Source: Segetibacter sp. | GTDB taxonomy: Bacteria > Bacteroidota > Bacteroidia > Chitinophagales > Chitinophagaceae | Direction of reading: 5' to 3' | DNA: 64,000 nucleotides | Assembly: GCA_031373555.1 (NCBI GenBank) | Contig: JANMMU010000021.1 | Location: 74,523 to 138,522 of the forward strand | Notes under the pieces: model-generated | What the model saw: the letters and a program-made list of their open reading frames with translations, nothing else | Told to the model about the DNA's origin: nothing | Databases searched by the model: none | Translations under genes and position numbers: made by a program | In this document: in pieces, positions 54,834 through 62,665 of the stretch | How positions within the stretch are numbered: position 1 is the stretch's first letter | Layout: each line of letters starts with the position of its first letter

Positions 54834-57833
54834 ATGGATGATAAAAAAAAAGACTCAATAATTCCTACAATAAATGACGAGATTGAAGTGTTTGGTGCAA
54901 GGGTTCACAATCTCAAAAACATAGATATTTCTATTCCTAAGAATAAGCTGGTAGTTATTACCGGTGTTAGTGGAAGTGGTAAATCTTCATTGGCTTTTGA
55001 TACAATTTACAACGAAGGGCAGCGTAGGTATATGGAAAGCTTTAGTGCTTATGCCCGTCAGTTTATTGGCGATATGGAAAGGCCCGATGTAGATAAAATT
55101 ACGGGTCTTAGTCCCGTCATTTCCATTGAACAAAAAACTACCAATAAAAATCCACGATCAACTGTTGGTACTATTACAGAAGTGTACGATTTTCTTAGAC
55201 TTTTATATGCAAGGGTAGGCGATGCTTATAGCTACAATACCGGCAAAAAAATGGTAAAATGGAGCGAGGAAGAAATAGTAGAAAATATATATTCCCGCTA
55301 TAGCGGAAACAAAATTACACTCCTTGCACCTTTGATTCGTGGAAGAAAAGGTCACTACAGAGAATTGTTTGAAGATGTAAGGAAAAAAGGGTTTTTGAAA
55401 GTACGTATAGACGGTGAAATAAAAGACCTGAAAGATAAAATGCAGGTTGACCGTTACAAAATTCATGATATTGAGTTGGTGATAGACCGCCTGCAGGTTA
55501 CACCTGATATGAAAGTCCGCTTAAGCCAAAGCGTACAAAAAACCCTGCAGCTAGGCAAAGACCTTATGTTTGTTGCGGCAGAACCTTCTTCAAAAGAATC
55601 TACAGAAGCAACCTCCAAATCTGATGTTCAAAAAAAGAAAAAATCTATAGAAAAAGCAGAAAAGAACAATGAACTTTTCTCCAATGATTCAGATAACAAA
55701 TCAGCATCACCTTCAACTGATGTAAGTGTGGCACTTTACAGCAAACAATTAATGTGCGAAGACACCGGGTTAAGCTACGAAGAACCCTCGCCCAATGCAT
55801 TTTCTTTCAATTCCCCGTATGGTGCATGCCCCGCTTGCAAAGGCCTGGGCAGTGTTCATCAGGTTAATATGGAGGCGGTTATTCCAGATTGGAGCAAGAG
55901 CATTAAAGAAGGGGCTATTGCACCACTGGGTGAAGAAAGGGAAGCATACATTTACAAACAAATAGTTCAGTTAAGCAAAAAGCATAAGTTCAGTGTAGAT
56001 AAACCTGTAAAAGATCTTTCACAAACAGCACTCAATATTGTGCTGTATGGCAGAGAAGATGCAACAGAAGCTATGGAGTTGGAGGAAGCGTATGAATCCC
56101 TTCCGGGAAATATGTATGCTACAGAATACGAAGGCATCATAAACATGCTGAAACGTTGGTTCTCGGGCAGTAGCAGTGAGTCTTTGAGAGATTGGGTAGA
56201 AAAGTTTATGATACTAAAAAATTGCCCGTCTTGCAACGGTGCAAGATTAAAAAAAGAAAGTCTTTGGTTTAAAGTAGATGAAAAAAATATTGCTGAACTA
56301 AGCAATCTTGACCTTGATAAATTACAGGACTGGTTTGCCGGACTTGAACAAAGGTTGTCAAAAAAACAAAATCAGATTGCCAAAGATATTTTGAAAGAAA
56401 TAAGAGAACGATTAGGCTTTTTACTCAATGTAGGGCTTACTTATTTATCCCTCAATCGTTCTTCTAAATCTTTAAGTGGAGGCGAAAGCCAACGCATAAG
56501 ACTTGCCACGCAAATAGGTTCTCAACTGCAAGGCATCACTTACATCCTGGATGAACCAAGTATTGGGCTGCACCAAAGGGATAACCAACGATTAATTGTT
56601 GCCCTGAAAAATCTTAGGGATATTGGCAATAGCGTGCTGGTTGTAGAACACGATAAGGACATTATGCTGGCATCTGATCACCTCATAGACATTGGCCCCA
56701 AAGCCGGTAAGCATGGCGGACAAATAGTTGCACAAGGCAACCCGGAAGATGTGTTAAAATCCGGCTCGCCAACTGCCGATTATCTTAATGGAAAGAAAAG
56801 CATATCTGTACCTAACGAAAGAAGAGCAGGTAATGGAAATATTCTGGAATTAAAGGGCGTCATTGGTAACAATATTCATGGCGTAAATGTAAAATTCCCT
56901 TTGGGAAAATTTATTTGTGTTACAGGTGTTAGCGGCAGTGGCAAGAGTACACTTATTACCGAAACACTTTATCCCATCTTAAGCAAACATGCCTATAACA
57001 GTAAGATGGTACCTATGGAGTATAAATCCATTAGTGGACTAGAATTTATTGATAAAGTAATAGAAATAGACCAAAGCCCTATTGGCCGTACACCCCGCAG
57101 CAATCCGGCTACCTATTGTGGCTTTTTTACAGAAATAAGAACATTGTTTGCATCTATTCCCGAAGCTAAAATAAGAGGATATGCGGCAGGCCGTTTTTCT
57201 TTTAATGTAAAAGGTGGACGTTGCGATGTTTGCGAAGGTGGCGGAATGCGAACAATTGAAATGAATTTTCTTCCGGATGTTTATGTGCCGTGCGAAAAAT
57301 GCAATGGCAAAAGATATAACCGCGAAACACTTGAAATACGATACAAAGGAAAATCAATCAGCGATGTATTGGATATGACAGTAGATGAAGCTGTTGAATT
57401 TTTTCAAAACATACACTACCTCTACCGAAAAATAAAAGTATTGCAGGATGTAGGTTTGGGTTACATTACATTGGGTCAATCGGCTGTAACGCTTAGTGGG
57501 GGTGAAGCTCAACGTGTAAAACTGGCAACAGAGCTGGCAAAAAAAGATACCGGCAAAACCTTTTACATTTTAGATGAACCTACTACAGGGCTTCATTTCC
57601 AGGATATACAACACCTTTTAGATGTACTCAACAAACTGGTTGACAGGGGCAATACCGTTTTGGTAATAGAACATAATATGGACGTAATAAAAGTTGCTGA
57701 CCATATTATAGATTTAGGTCCCGAGGGGGGCGATGGGGGTGGCAAAATATTATTTGAAGGAACTCCTGAAAAACTGATTGGTATAAAAGCAAGTCATACG
57801 GGTAAATATTTAAAACCTGAACTATCTCATTAG
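54834..57833 (+). CDS. uvrA: Excinuclease ABC subunit A
   Basis: Two ABC modules (GVSGSGKSSL / GVSGSGKSTL; LSGGESQR / LSGGEAQR), zinc modules (CPACKGLG, CPSCNGARL, CDVCEGGG...CEKCNGKRY). The ATG at 54834 (MDDKKKD) is preferred to 54810. Confidence 0.97.
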   Translation: MDDKKKDSIIPTINDEIEVFGARVHNLKNIDISIPKNKLVVITGVSGSGKSSLAFDTIYNEGQRRYMESFSAYARQFIGDMERPDVDKITGLSPVISIEQKTTNKNPRSTVGTITEVYDFLRLLYARVGDAYSYNTGKKMVKWSEEEIVENIYSRYSGNKITLLAPLIRGRKGHYRELFEDVRKKGFLKVRIDGEIKDLKDKMQVDRYKIHDIELVIDRLQVTPDMKVRLSQSVQKTLQLGKDLMFVAAEPSSKESTEATSKSDVQKKKKSIEKAEKNNELFSNDSDNKSASPSTDVSVALYSKQLMCEDTGLSYEEPSPNAFSFNSPYGACPACKGLGSVHQVNMEAVIPDWSKSIKEGAIAPLGEEREAYIYKQIVQLSKKHKFSVDKPVKDLSQTALNIVLYGREDATEAMELEEAYESLPGNMYATEYEGIINMLKRWFSGSSSESLRDWVEKFMILKNCPSCNGARLKKESLWFKVDEKNIAELSNLDLDKLQDWFAGLEQRLSKKQNQIAKDILKEIRERLGFLLNVGLTYLSLNRSSKSLSGGESQRIRLATQIGSQLQGITYILDEPSIGLHQRDNQRLIVALKNLRDIGNSVLVVEHDKDIMLASDHLIDIGPKAGKHGGQIVAQGNPEDVLKSGSPTADYLNGKKSISVPNERRAGNGNILELKGVIGNNIHGVNVKFPLGKFICVTGVSGSGKSTLITETLYPILSKHAYNSKMVPMEYKSISGLEFIDKVIEIDQSPIGRTPRSNPATYCGFFTEIRTLFASIPEAKIRGYAAGRFSFNVKGGRCDVCEGGGMRTIEMNFLPDVYVPCEKCNGKRYNRETLEIRYKGKSISDVLDMTVDEAVEFFQNIHYLYRKIKVLQDVGLGYITLGQSAVTLSGGEAQRVKLATELAKKDTGKTFYILDEPTTGLHFQDIQHLLDVLNKLVDRGNTVLVIEHNMDVIKVADHIIDLGPEGGDGGGKILFEGTPEKLIGIKASHTGKYLKPELSH

Positions 57834-58071
57834 CAATGCTAATCAAGGGTTTGCCCGTCATTGCGAACCTTGCGAAGCTTGGTGAAGCAATCTGCAGTTT
57901 AATGCTAATGGAGTTAATATTTATTTTGGTAGAATACCTTGTCTGGCTTGTAATGTACTTTTTATTGATTTAGAATTTTAATTCTTTAAACGAAAATTTA
58001 CCCAACTTCAGATTAGCATTATTGGCTTCTTGTTTATTTTTTCAGCGTAATTCAACCATTTAGTTTAAAAA

Positions 58072-58569
58072 TTGTTGTTTAATCAAACTCATATTAAATT
58101 GTCAAAAGTCTATTCACTCAAAACTGTTCAGTTCATACCTGCAACATTAGAAAAAACCTGGGATTTTTTCAGCAATCCTGCAAATCTTAAATTGATAACA
58201 CCACCCGAAATGGGCTTTGAAATTAAAAGCCTGCATCATGGAGATAAAATGTATGCCGGACAAATTATAGAATATACAGTAAAACCTATGTTGGGTATTC
58301 CGGTTTATTGGATGACAGAGATTACACAAGTAAAAGATGGGCAGTTTTTTATAGACGAACAGCGTTTTGGCCCATATAGCCTATGGCACCATCAGCATCA
58401 TTTCAAGCCTGTAGAAGGTGGCATAGAAATGACCGACATCGTTCATTATAAAATACCATTCTGGATTTTGGGTGATATTGCCAATGCCATTTTTATAAAA
58501 AATAAATTGAACCAGATTTTTGATTTCAGAAAAAAAATGGTAGATGAATTTGATTGGGCTACCCTCTAA
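58072..58569 (+). CDS. SRPBCC-superfamily (START/polyketide cyclase-like) protein
   Basis: 165 aa with the pattern ...PATLEKTWDFFSNPANL..ITPP....E.........G..I.Y......G.P..W..EIT, typical of SRPBCC proteins. TTG start. Confidence 0.6.
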   Translation: MLFNQTHIKLSKVYSLKTVQFIPATLEKTWDFFSNPANLKLITPPEMGFEIKSLHHGDKMYAGQIIEYTVKPMLGIPVYWMTEITQVKDGQFFIDEQRFGPYSLWHHQHHFKPVEGGIEMTDIVHYKIPFWILGDIANAIFIKNKLNQIFDFRKKMVDEFDWATL

Positions 58570-58617
58570 TACTATTGTATTACTTTAGATGCGGATTTTA
58601 CATTTTTCCTGAAAATT

Positions 58618-58995
58618 TTGCATTCAGAATTATTATTCAAATTCTTCTCGGGAGAAATACTTTTCATCCTTCACCTCTTGAAAAGGTTTGAATGTAATTT
58701 CATTACTTCCTTACAAAAACTCATTTTTTATGAAGATAACATTGGTTCTTTCGGGGTCTTCATTCCTTTAAAAAAACAAGCTGAAACAGAGGTGAACTGG
58801 ACAGAGGAAGAAATAGGTTTACTAAAAAGTGCGGTCCAGCCATCTGCTCAAAAACCCGGAAATGTAATGGATGGTATAGATTATCGCATTCAATATGATG
58901 ATAAGAGTTTTGTTATTGACTGGCAAAAAATTCCCACAAAATACAAAGCAGTATTAGAAAAATTAAAAGGAAAGCTTACCGTTGAAAAAACTTAG
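58618..58995 (+). CDS. Hypothetical ORF (weak)
   Basis: 125-aa ORF with a TTG start and no in-frame ATG near its 5' end. The C-terminal half looks protein-like but the N-terminal part does not. Confidence 0.3.
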   Translation: MHSELLFKFFSGEILFILHLLKRFECNFITSLQKLIFYEDNIGSFGVFIPLKKQAETEVNWTEEEIGLLKSAVQPSAQKPGNVMDGIDYRIQYDDKSFVIDWQKIPTKYKAVLEKLKGKLTVEKT

Positions 58996-59001
58996 GTTGA
59001 A

Positions 59002-59652
59002 TTAACCCGGCATTCTCGAAATATATTTTTCAATTTCTTTTATCTGGTCAACCACCTGCTTGGTTGTAGGTTTTAGTGCCTTTGCCCTGCGGAAATAATC
59101 TTTTGCAGCCTTAAACTCTCTTTTATTTATAAAAATCTGGCACATGCTTAACAATGCAACCGCCTGACTTTCTTTATCAGGAATTCCTGCACGTAGCGCC
59201 TGCCTTACATAGCTTTCACCATTTTTCATATCACCTTTCTGTAGCGCCATCATACCTAATTGTAGTTTGTTGGCACCTTCAGCTTCGGGCATAGCAGATC
59301 CTATTTCAAGGCTTTTTTTCATGTGCTTTTCTGCTGAATCAAAATCCTGGTTCATCATAGCAAGGTTGCCTTTCAGGGTATAGTAAGTGCTACGGATAGG
59401 CTTATAAAGAATATTGGGGAACCAAATGGAATCCATTATCCTTTTTACTTCATCTATATTACCTTTCTCCATAGGCTCCTGAATAAGCCGCATAGGTCCT
59501 ATAAAAAAATGACTGGCTAATCCTATAATACCTACAAAATACAGTATAAATGATGGCCAGAAACCTGCACTTACATTTACCCATATAGCTAGCGCAATTG
59601 CAACAAGGCTTAGATAAAATCTGTATTTGATAATAAGGTTGTAAAATTTCAT
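59002..59652 (-). CDS. Membrane-anchored TPR-repeat protein
   Basis: Two N-terminal TM helices, then TPR-like repeats (A..Y..AL......A...LG..........A..YF..A). Confidence 0.55.
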   Translation of the reverse strand: MKFYNLIIKYRFYLSLVAIALAIWVNVSAGFWPSFILYFVGIIGLASHFFIGPMRLIQEPMEKGNIDEVKRIMDSIWFPNILYKPIRSTYYTLKGNLAMMNQDFDSAEKHMKKSLEIGSAMPEAEGANKLQLGMMALQKGDMKNGESYVRQALRAGIPDKESQAVALLSMCQIFINKREFKAAKDYFRRAKALKPTTKQVVDQIKEIEKYISRMPG

Positions 59653-59790
59653 AATAATCTAAAAATTGGCATGCGAAGATAAGCGGCTCAAAGCACAAAG
59701 AATATATTGAAAGAAAAGATTTGCAAAAGGTTAGCCTGAAATAATTATTTTTGCGCTCCTGAAAAATAAACCCCGGTTCTTTTTTCAACC

Positions 59791-59862
59791 GGTCTCATAG
59801 TTCAACGGATAGAATAGGAGTTTCCTAAACTCTAGATCCAAGTTCGATTCTTGGTGAGACCA
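59791..59862 (+). tRNA. tRNA-Arg (anticodon CCT)
   Basis: Hand-folded cloverleaf. Acceptor GGTCTCA/TGAGACC; D arm GTTC-AACGGATA-GAAT; anticodon arm GGAGT-TTCCTAA-ACTCT (anticodon CCT); variable AGAT; T arm CCAAG-TTCGATT-CTTGG; discriminator A. CCA is not encoded. Confidence 0.9.
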
Positions 59863-59867
59863 CAGGT

Positions 59868-59897
59868 AATGCAGGCTGAAAAGTCTGCATTATTTTT
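59868..59897. terminator. Bidirectional intrinsic terminator between tRNA-Arg and the convergent ORF
   Basis: AATGCAGGC-TGAAAA-GTCTGCATT, followed by ATTTTT on the plus strand. It overlaps the stop of the minus-strand ORF ending at 59896. Confidence 0.6.
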
Positions 59898-60240
59898 ACT
59901 TTCCAATCCTCACATCCCCGGCCTTAATCATTTCACAGGTCAGTTTCACTTTTTCATCAAAATCATCAATGTCTTCGCTAATAAACAGGTAAGAATGTGC
60001 TAACCCATCTATGTTTGCATCCATTGCACTTGCGTGAATCTCATTTTGCAACTGATCATAGTATTCAGGCTGTGTAGCCACAAACACACCATTATATTCT
60101 GGATTATTGTCACGATCTCTTAAAAGCAATAAAATTTTTTCATTAGCTACCAAAGCATAACAACCCAACATTTTCCTAATTTTTGGCCGCACGGGATAAA
60201 GATATTTCAGCACAAAATCATAGGGTACTTTATAATTCAT
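59896..60240 (-). CDS. Hypothetical protein, 114 aa
   Basis: Clean ATG ORF with a globular-looking composition. A faint resemblance to TfoX N-terminal-type domains (LGCYALVANEKILLLL) is not enough for a call. Confidence 0.55.
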   Translation of the reverse strand: MNYKVPYDFVLKYLYPVRPKIRKMLGCYALVANEKILLLLRDRDNNPEYNGVFVATQPEYYDQLQNEIHASAMDANIDGLAHSYLFISEDIDDFDEKVKLTCEMIKAGDVRIGK

Positions 60241-60395
60241 AGAATGGTTTTTACAAAAATAACTAAGAAAAATGTCGATGTCTCATAAATAATAGGTTTG
60301 CCATGACTCAACATAAACATGCTATAATTGTGTTTCTTTGTGGCTACATAAATAACCGCAAACAGGTTTCCCAAATATCAATTAAAATAATTGCA

Positions 60396-60701
60396 ATGCT
60401 GATTTACAATGTGACTATAAAAATAGAATGGGGCATTTCTTCAGATTGGGTTGAGTGGATGAAAACCGTGCACATACCCGAAGTAATGAATTCAGGTTGT
60501 TTTATTAAGCATCAGTTTGTTAGGATATTGGAAATAGACGAAACTGATGGCCCTACATATGCCGTGCAATACTATGCTGACGGGTTAGCAAAATATAATC
60601 AATACATTCAGGAATTTGCGCCGCTTTTGCGGGAAAAAACTTTTGAAAAATGGGGTGCAAAATTTATTGCATTCAGAAGCCTGATGCAAATAGAAGAATA
60701 A
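60396..60701 (+). CDS. DUF4286-like small protein
   Basis: MLIYNVTIKIEWGISSDWVEWMKTVHIPEVM..G matches my memory of the DUF4286 family start, at ~100 aa. The ATG at 60396 is preferred to the track start at 60303. Confidence 0.65.
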   Translation: MLIYNVTIKIEWGISSDWVEWMKTVHIPEVMNSGCFIKHQFVRILEIDETDGPTYAVQYYADGLAKYNQYIQEFAPLLREKTFEKWGAKFIAFRSLMQIEE

Positions 60702-60906
60702 TGAATCTTAAAAATGCCAGATAAACATTTGTTTATTTTATTATTTATTGACTTTCCAAATTAGATTTAACATAATTAACTGCAAACTCGCATCAATAAA
60801 GGGTTTGTGTTGACTAGGTGTGAAAAATAAATTTGAGAAAAATGTTTGTAGATTGATAAAAGCTAATAAATTTGTTGGACTTTAAACTCAAACTAAAAAT
60901 TTTACT

Positions 60907-61176
60907 ATGAACAAAGCTGAATTGATCGCTAAGCTGTCTGAAGATGCAGAAGTAACTAAGACACAAGCCAACGCTATGTTGGATTCATTTATCTCCGCTG
61001 TTACCACTACACTTAAGAAAGGTGGAAAAGTAACACTTGTAGGTTTCGGAACTTTTTCTGTGACTAAAAGAGCTGCTCGTAACGGACGTAACCCACAGAC
61101 AGGTGCGGTTATCAAAATTAAAGCTAAAAAAGTAGCTAAATTTAAAGCCGGAAAAGAGCTTTCTGCTAAAATATAA
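60907..61176 (+). CDS. hup: HU-family DNA-binding protein
   Basis: MNKAELIAKLSE...GFGTFSVTKRAARNGRNPQTGAVIKIKAKKVAKFKAGKEL is the canonical HU/IHF fold, including the RNPQTG arm. Confidence 0.95.
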   Translation: MNKAELIAKLSEDAEVTKTQANAMLDSFISAVTTTLKKGGKVTLVGFGTFSVTKRAARNGRNPQTGAVIKIKAKKVAKFKAGKELSAKI

Positions 61177-61198
61177 AAGCTGTTTTAAGAAACAAATG

Positions 61199-61225
61199 AA
61201 GCAGGACACGATCCTGCTTTTTTTA
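61199..61225 (+). terminator. Intrinsic terminator after the HU gene
   Basis: AAGCAGGA-CACGA-TCCTGCTT followed by TTTTT. Confidence 0.7.
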
Positions 61226-61321
61226 TGCTTAAATATGTGCTTTTCGCATTACTAATACAAAAACCACTGTTTTATAGTAAGTTTGCAGCCTGTTTATATA
61301 ATTTTTTAAAAAAGAACAATC

Positions 61322-61438
61322 ATGGGAAGAGGTGATAAAAAGACAAAAAAAGGTAAGATTTTCAAAGGTTCATTTGGCAAAAGCCGCAGGGCAAGAGTTG
61401 TTAAAGTAAAGCCTGCTGTAGAAAAAGCGGAAGCTTAG
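61322..61438 (+). CDS. 30S ribosomal protein THX (38 aa)
   Basis: Below the ORF-track size cutoff. My translation is MGRGDKKTKKGKIFKGSFGKSRRARVVKVKPAVEKAEA, which matches the MGKGD(K/R)(K/R)T(K/R)(K/R)GK pattern of THX. Confidence 0.8.
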   Translation: MGRGDKKTKKGKIFKGSFGKSRRARVVKVKPAVEKAEA

Positions 61439-61451
61439 TTGCAATAAGAAT

Positions 61452-61483
61452 GTGATGTAAAGTGTCTGTACATTTTACATCAC
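61452..61483. terminator. Hairpin between convergent THX and pdxH genes
   Basis: GTGATGTAAA...TTTACATCAC is a 10-bp perfect stem, extendable by GTGT/ACAT, located between two convergent stops. Confidence 0.55.
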
Positions 61484-61531
61484 TCGTTCTTTAATTTTCT
61501 TTTGTTTATTTCTAATGAGATAGCAAAATAT

Positions 61532-62173
61532 CTAAGGTGCCAGTCTTGATATAACCCAATGTTGATTTTCAAGATTATATACAATTCTATCGTGTAGCCT
61601 GCTACGGCGACCTTGCCAAAATTCTATGTGTTTGGCCTTAACAATATAACCTCCCCAATGTGGTGGTTTGGTCATTGGTGTGTCTTGAAACTGTGTTTGG
61701 TGTTGCGCTACATTCGCCTCAATTACTTCCCGGTTTTCTATCTTTTTACTTTGTGGAGATGACCATGCACCTATCTGACTTGCTACGGGTCGGGTTAAAA
61801 AATAATCAATACTCACTTGCTCACTTACTTTTTCTACTGTACCTTCTATTCTTATTTGCCGCTCCAGTTCTTTCCAGAAAAATACAAGTGCAGCATTTGG
61901 ATTGTGCGCCAACTCCTTTCCCTTTTGGCTTTCATAATTGGTAAAAAACATAAAGCCTTCGTGGCTAAAATCTTTAAGCAAAACAATTCTTGCAGAAGGC
62001 ATTCCATCTTTGGTACAGGTAGCCAATGTCATAGCGTTTAGTTCTTCTATATCGCTCTTGGCAGCCTCGTGCCACCATTTAGAAAACTGCTCAATCGGGT
62101 CTTTGTCTACATCCTGCTCCAATAGGGTTTGTAGTTTATAGTCTTTGCGTATGTCTGCAATGTTTTTGGTCAT
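61532..62173 (-). CDS. pdxH: Pyridoxamine 5'-phosphate oxidase
   Basis: LATCTKDGMPSARIVLLK, the RIEG motif and the C-terminal EFWQGRRSRLHDR...W...RLAP signature. 213 aa. Confidence 0.95.
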   Translation of the reverse strand: MTKNIADIRKDYKLQTLLEQDVDKDPIEQFSKWWHEAAKSDIEELNAMTLATCTKDGMPSARIVLLKDFSHEGFMFFTNYESQKGKELAHNPNAALVFFWKELERQIRIEGTVEKVSEQVSIDYFLTRPVASQIGAWSSPQSKKIENREVIEANVAQHQTQFQDTPMTKPPHWGGYIVKAKHIEFWQGRRSRLHDRIVYNLENQHWVISRLAP

Positions 62174-62498
62174 TTCTGCTGGGTTTAATAATGATTACAA
62201 AGTTATGGTGCATTGTGTTGTTTGCTGTCACTTTGTTGTAAGTACAATATGTATAACATGATTTTTACCCCGCAATCTTTGGGCATTCAAATTTTTTCTT
62301 AAAAAATGATAAGCGGAGTATTAACAACAGTATTATTTTAACAGCGGTATAAGGACTCAAAAAACAAATGGTTATCCCTCATTCAACTTCTGTTTAAATA
62401 AAAACAAAATTTAATTGGAATCTTGATGTTTCATTCATAAATTGTAATCAAGTAACAACTTCTTTCATGGCCTTCCCATTCAAAAAGCAATATAACCG

Positions 62499-62507
62499 CC
62501 CCCCCCC
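62499..62507. repeat. Homopolymeric C9 tract
   Basis: Nine consecutive C residues in an otherwise AT-rich spacer, 159 nt upstream of the ATG at 62666. A second C6 run lies at 62601-62606. Confidence 0.9.
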
Positions 62508-62665
62508 AAAGGAATATATGTTATAGTGCTTTGCGGCCTTACAAGCCGCCATAGATAAAGAATTGCAGCACGCTGCATTATTTTCTGAAAAGGCAATACA
62601 CCCCCCTCTGTTGCCTCAAAACAAAAAAGTAATCTTTTTCTATGATCTGTTAAACCTAAATTAAA

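Noticed and set aside
57854-57896. CCCGTCATTGCGAACCTTGCGAAGCTTGGTGAAGCAATCTGCAG downstream of uvrA resembles the GTCATTGCGAG...GAAGCAATC type dispersed repeat of Bacteroidota genomes.
   Set aside because: It is a single, apparently degenerate copy without the usual palindromic partner, so this cannot be verified without the rest of the genome.
57835-58020. AATGCTAATC at 57835-57844, its inverted copy GATTAGCATT at 58011-58020, and a direct near-copy at 57901-57910, as possible MITE ends.
   Set aside because: Ten-nucleotide AT-rich matches in a 240-bp AT-rich spacer are expected by chance. I saw no target-site duplication or internal structure.
3021-60395. Long N-terminal extensions given by the ORF track for several genes (starts at 3021, 4278, 6683, 19602, 31876, 32066, 47338, 49634, 51648, 54810, 60303).
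   Set aside because: The extensions are hydrophobic or low-complexity and lack family similarity. They often overlap the upstream gene or a regulatory palindrome. An internal ATG then gives the canonical N-terminus (for example MSQELKY for DprA, MDDKKKD for UvrA, MEKSVLVIEDN for the response regulator).
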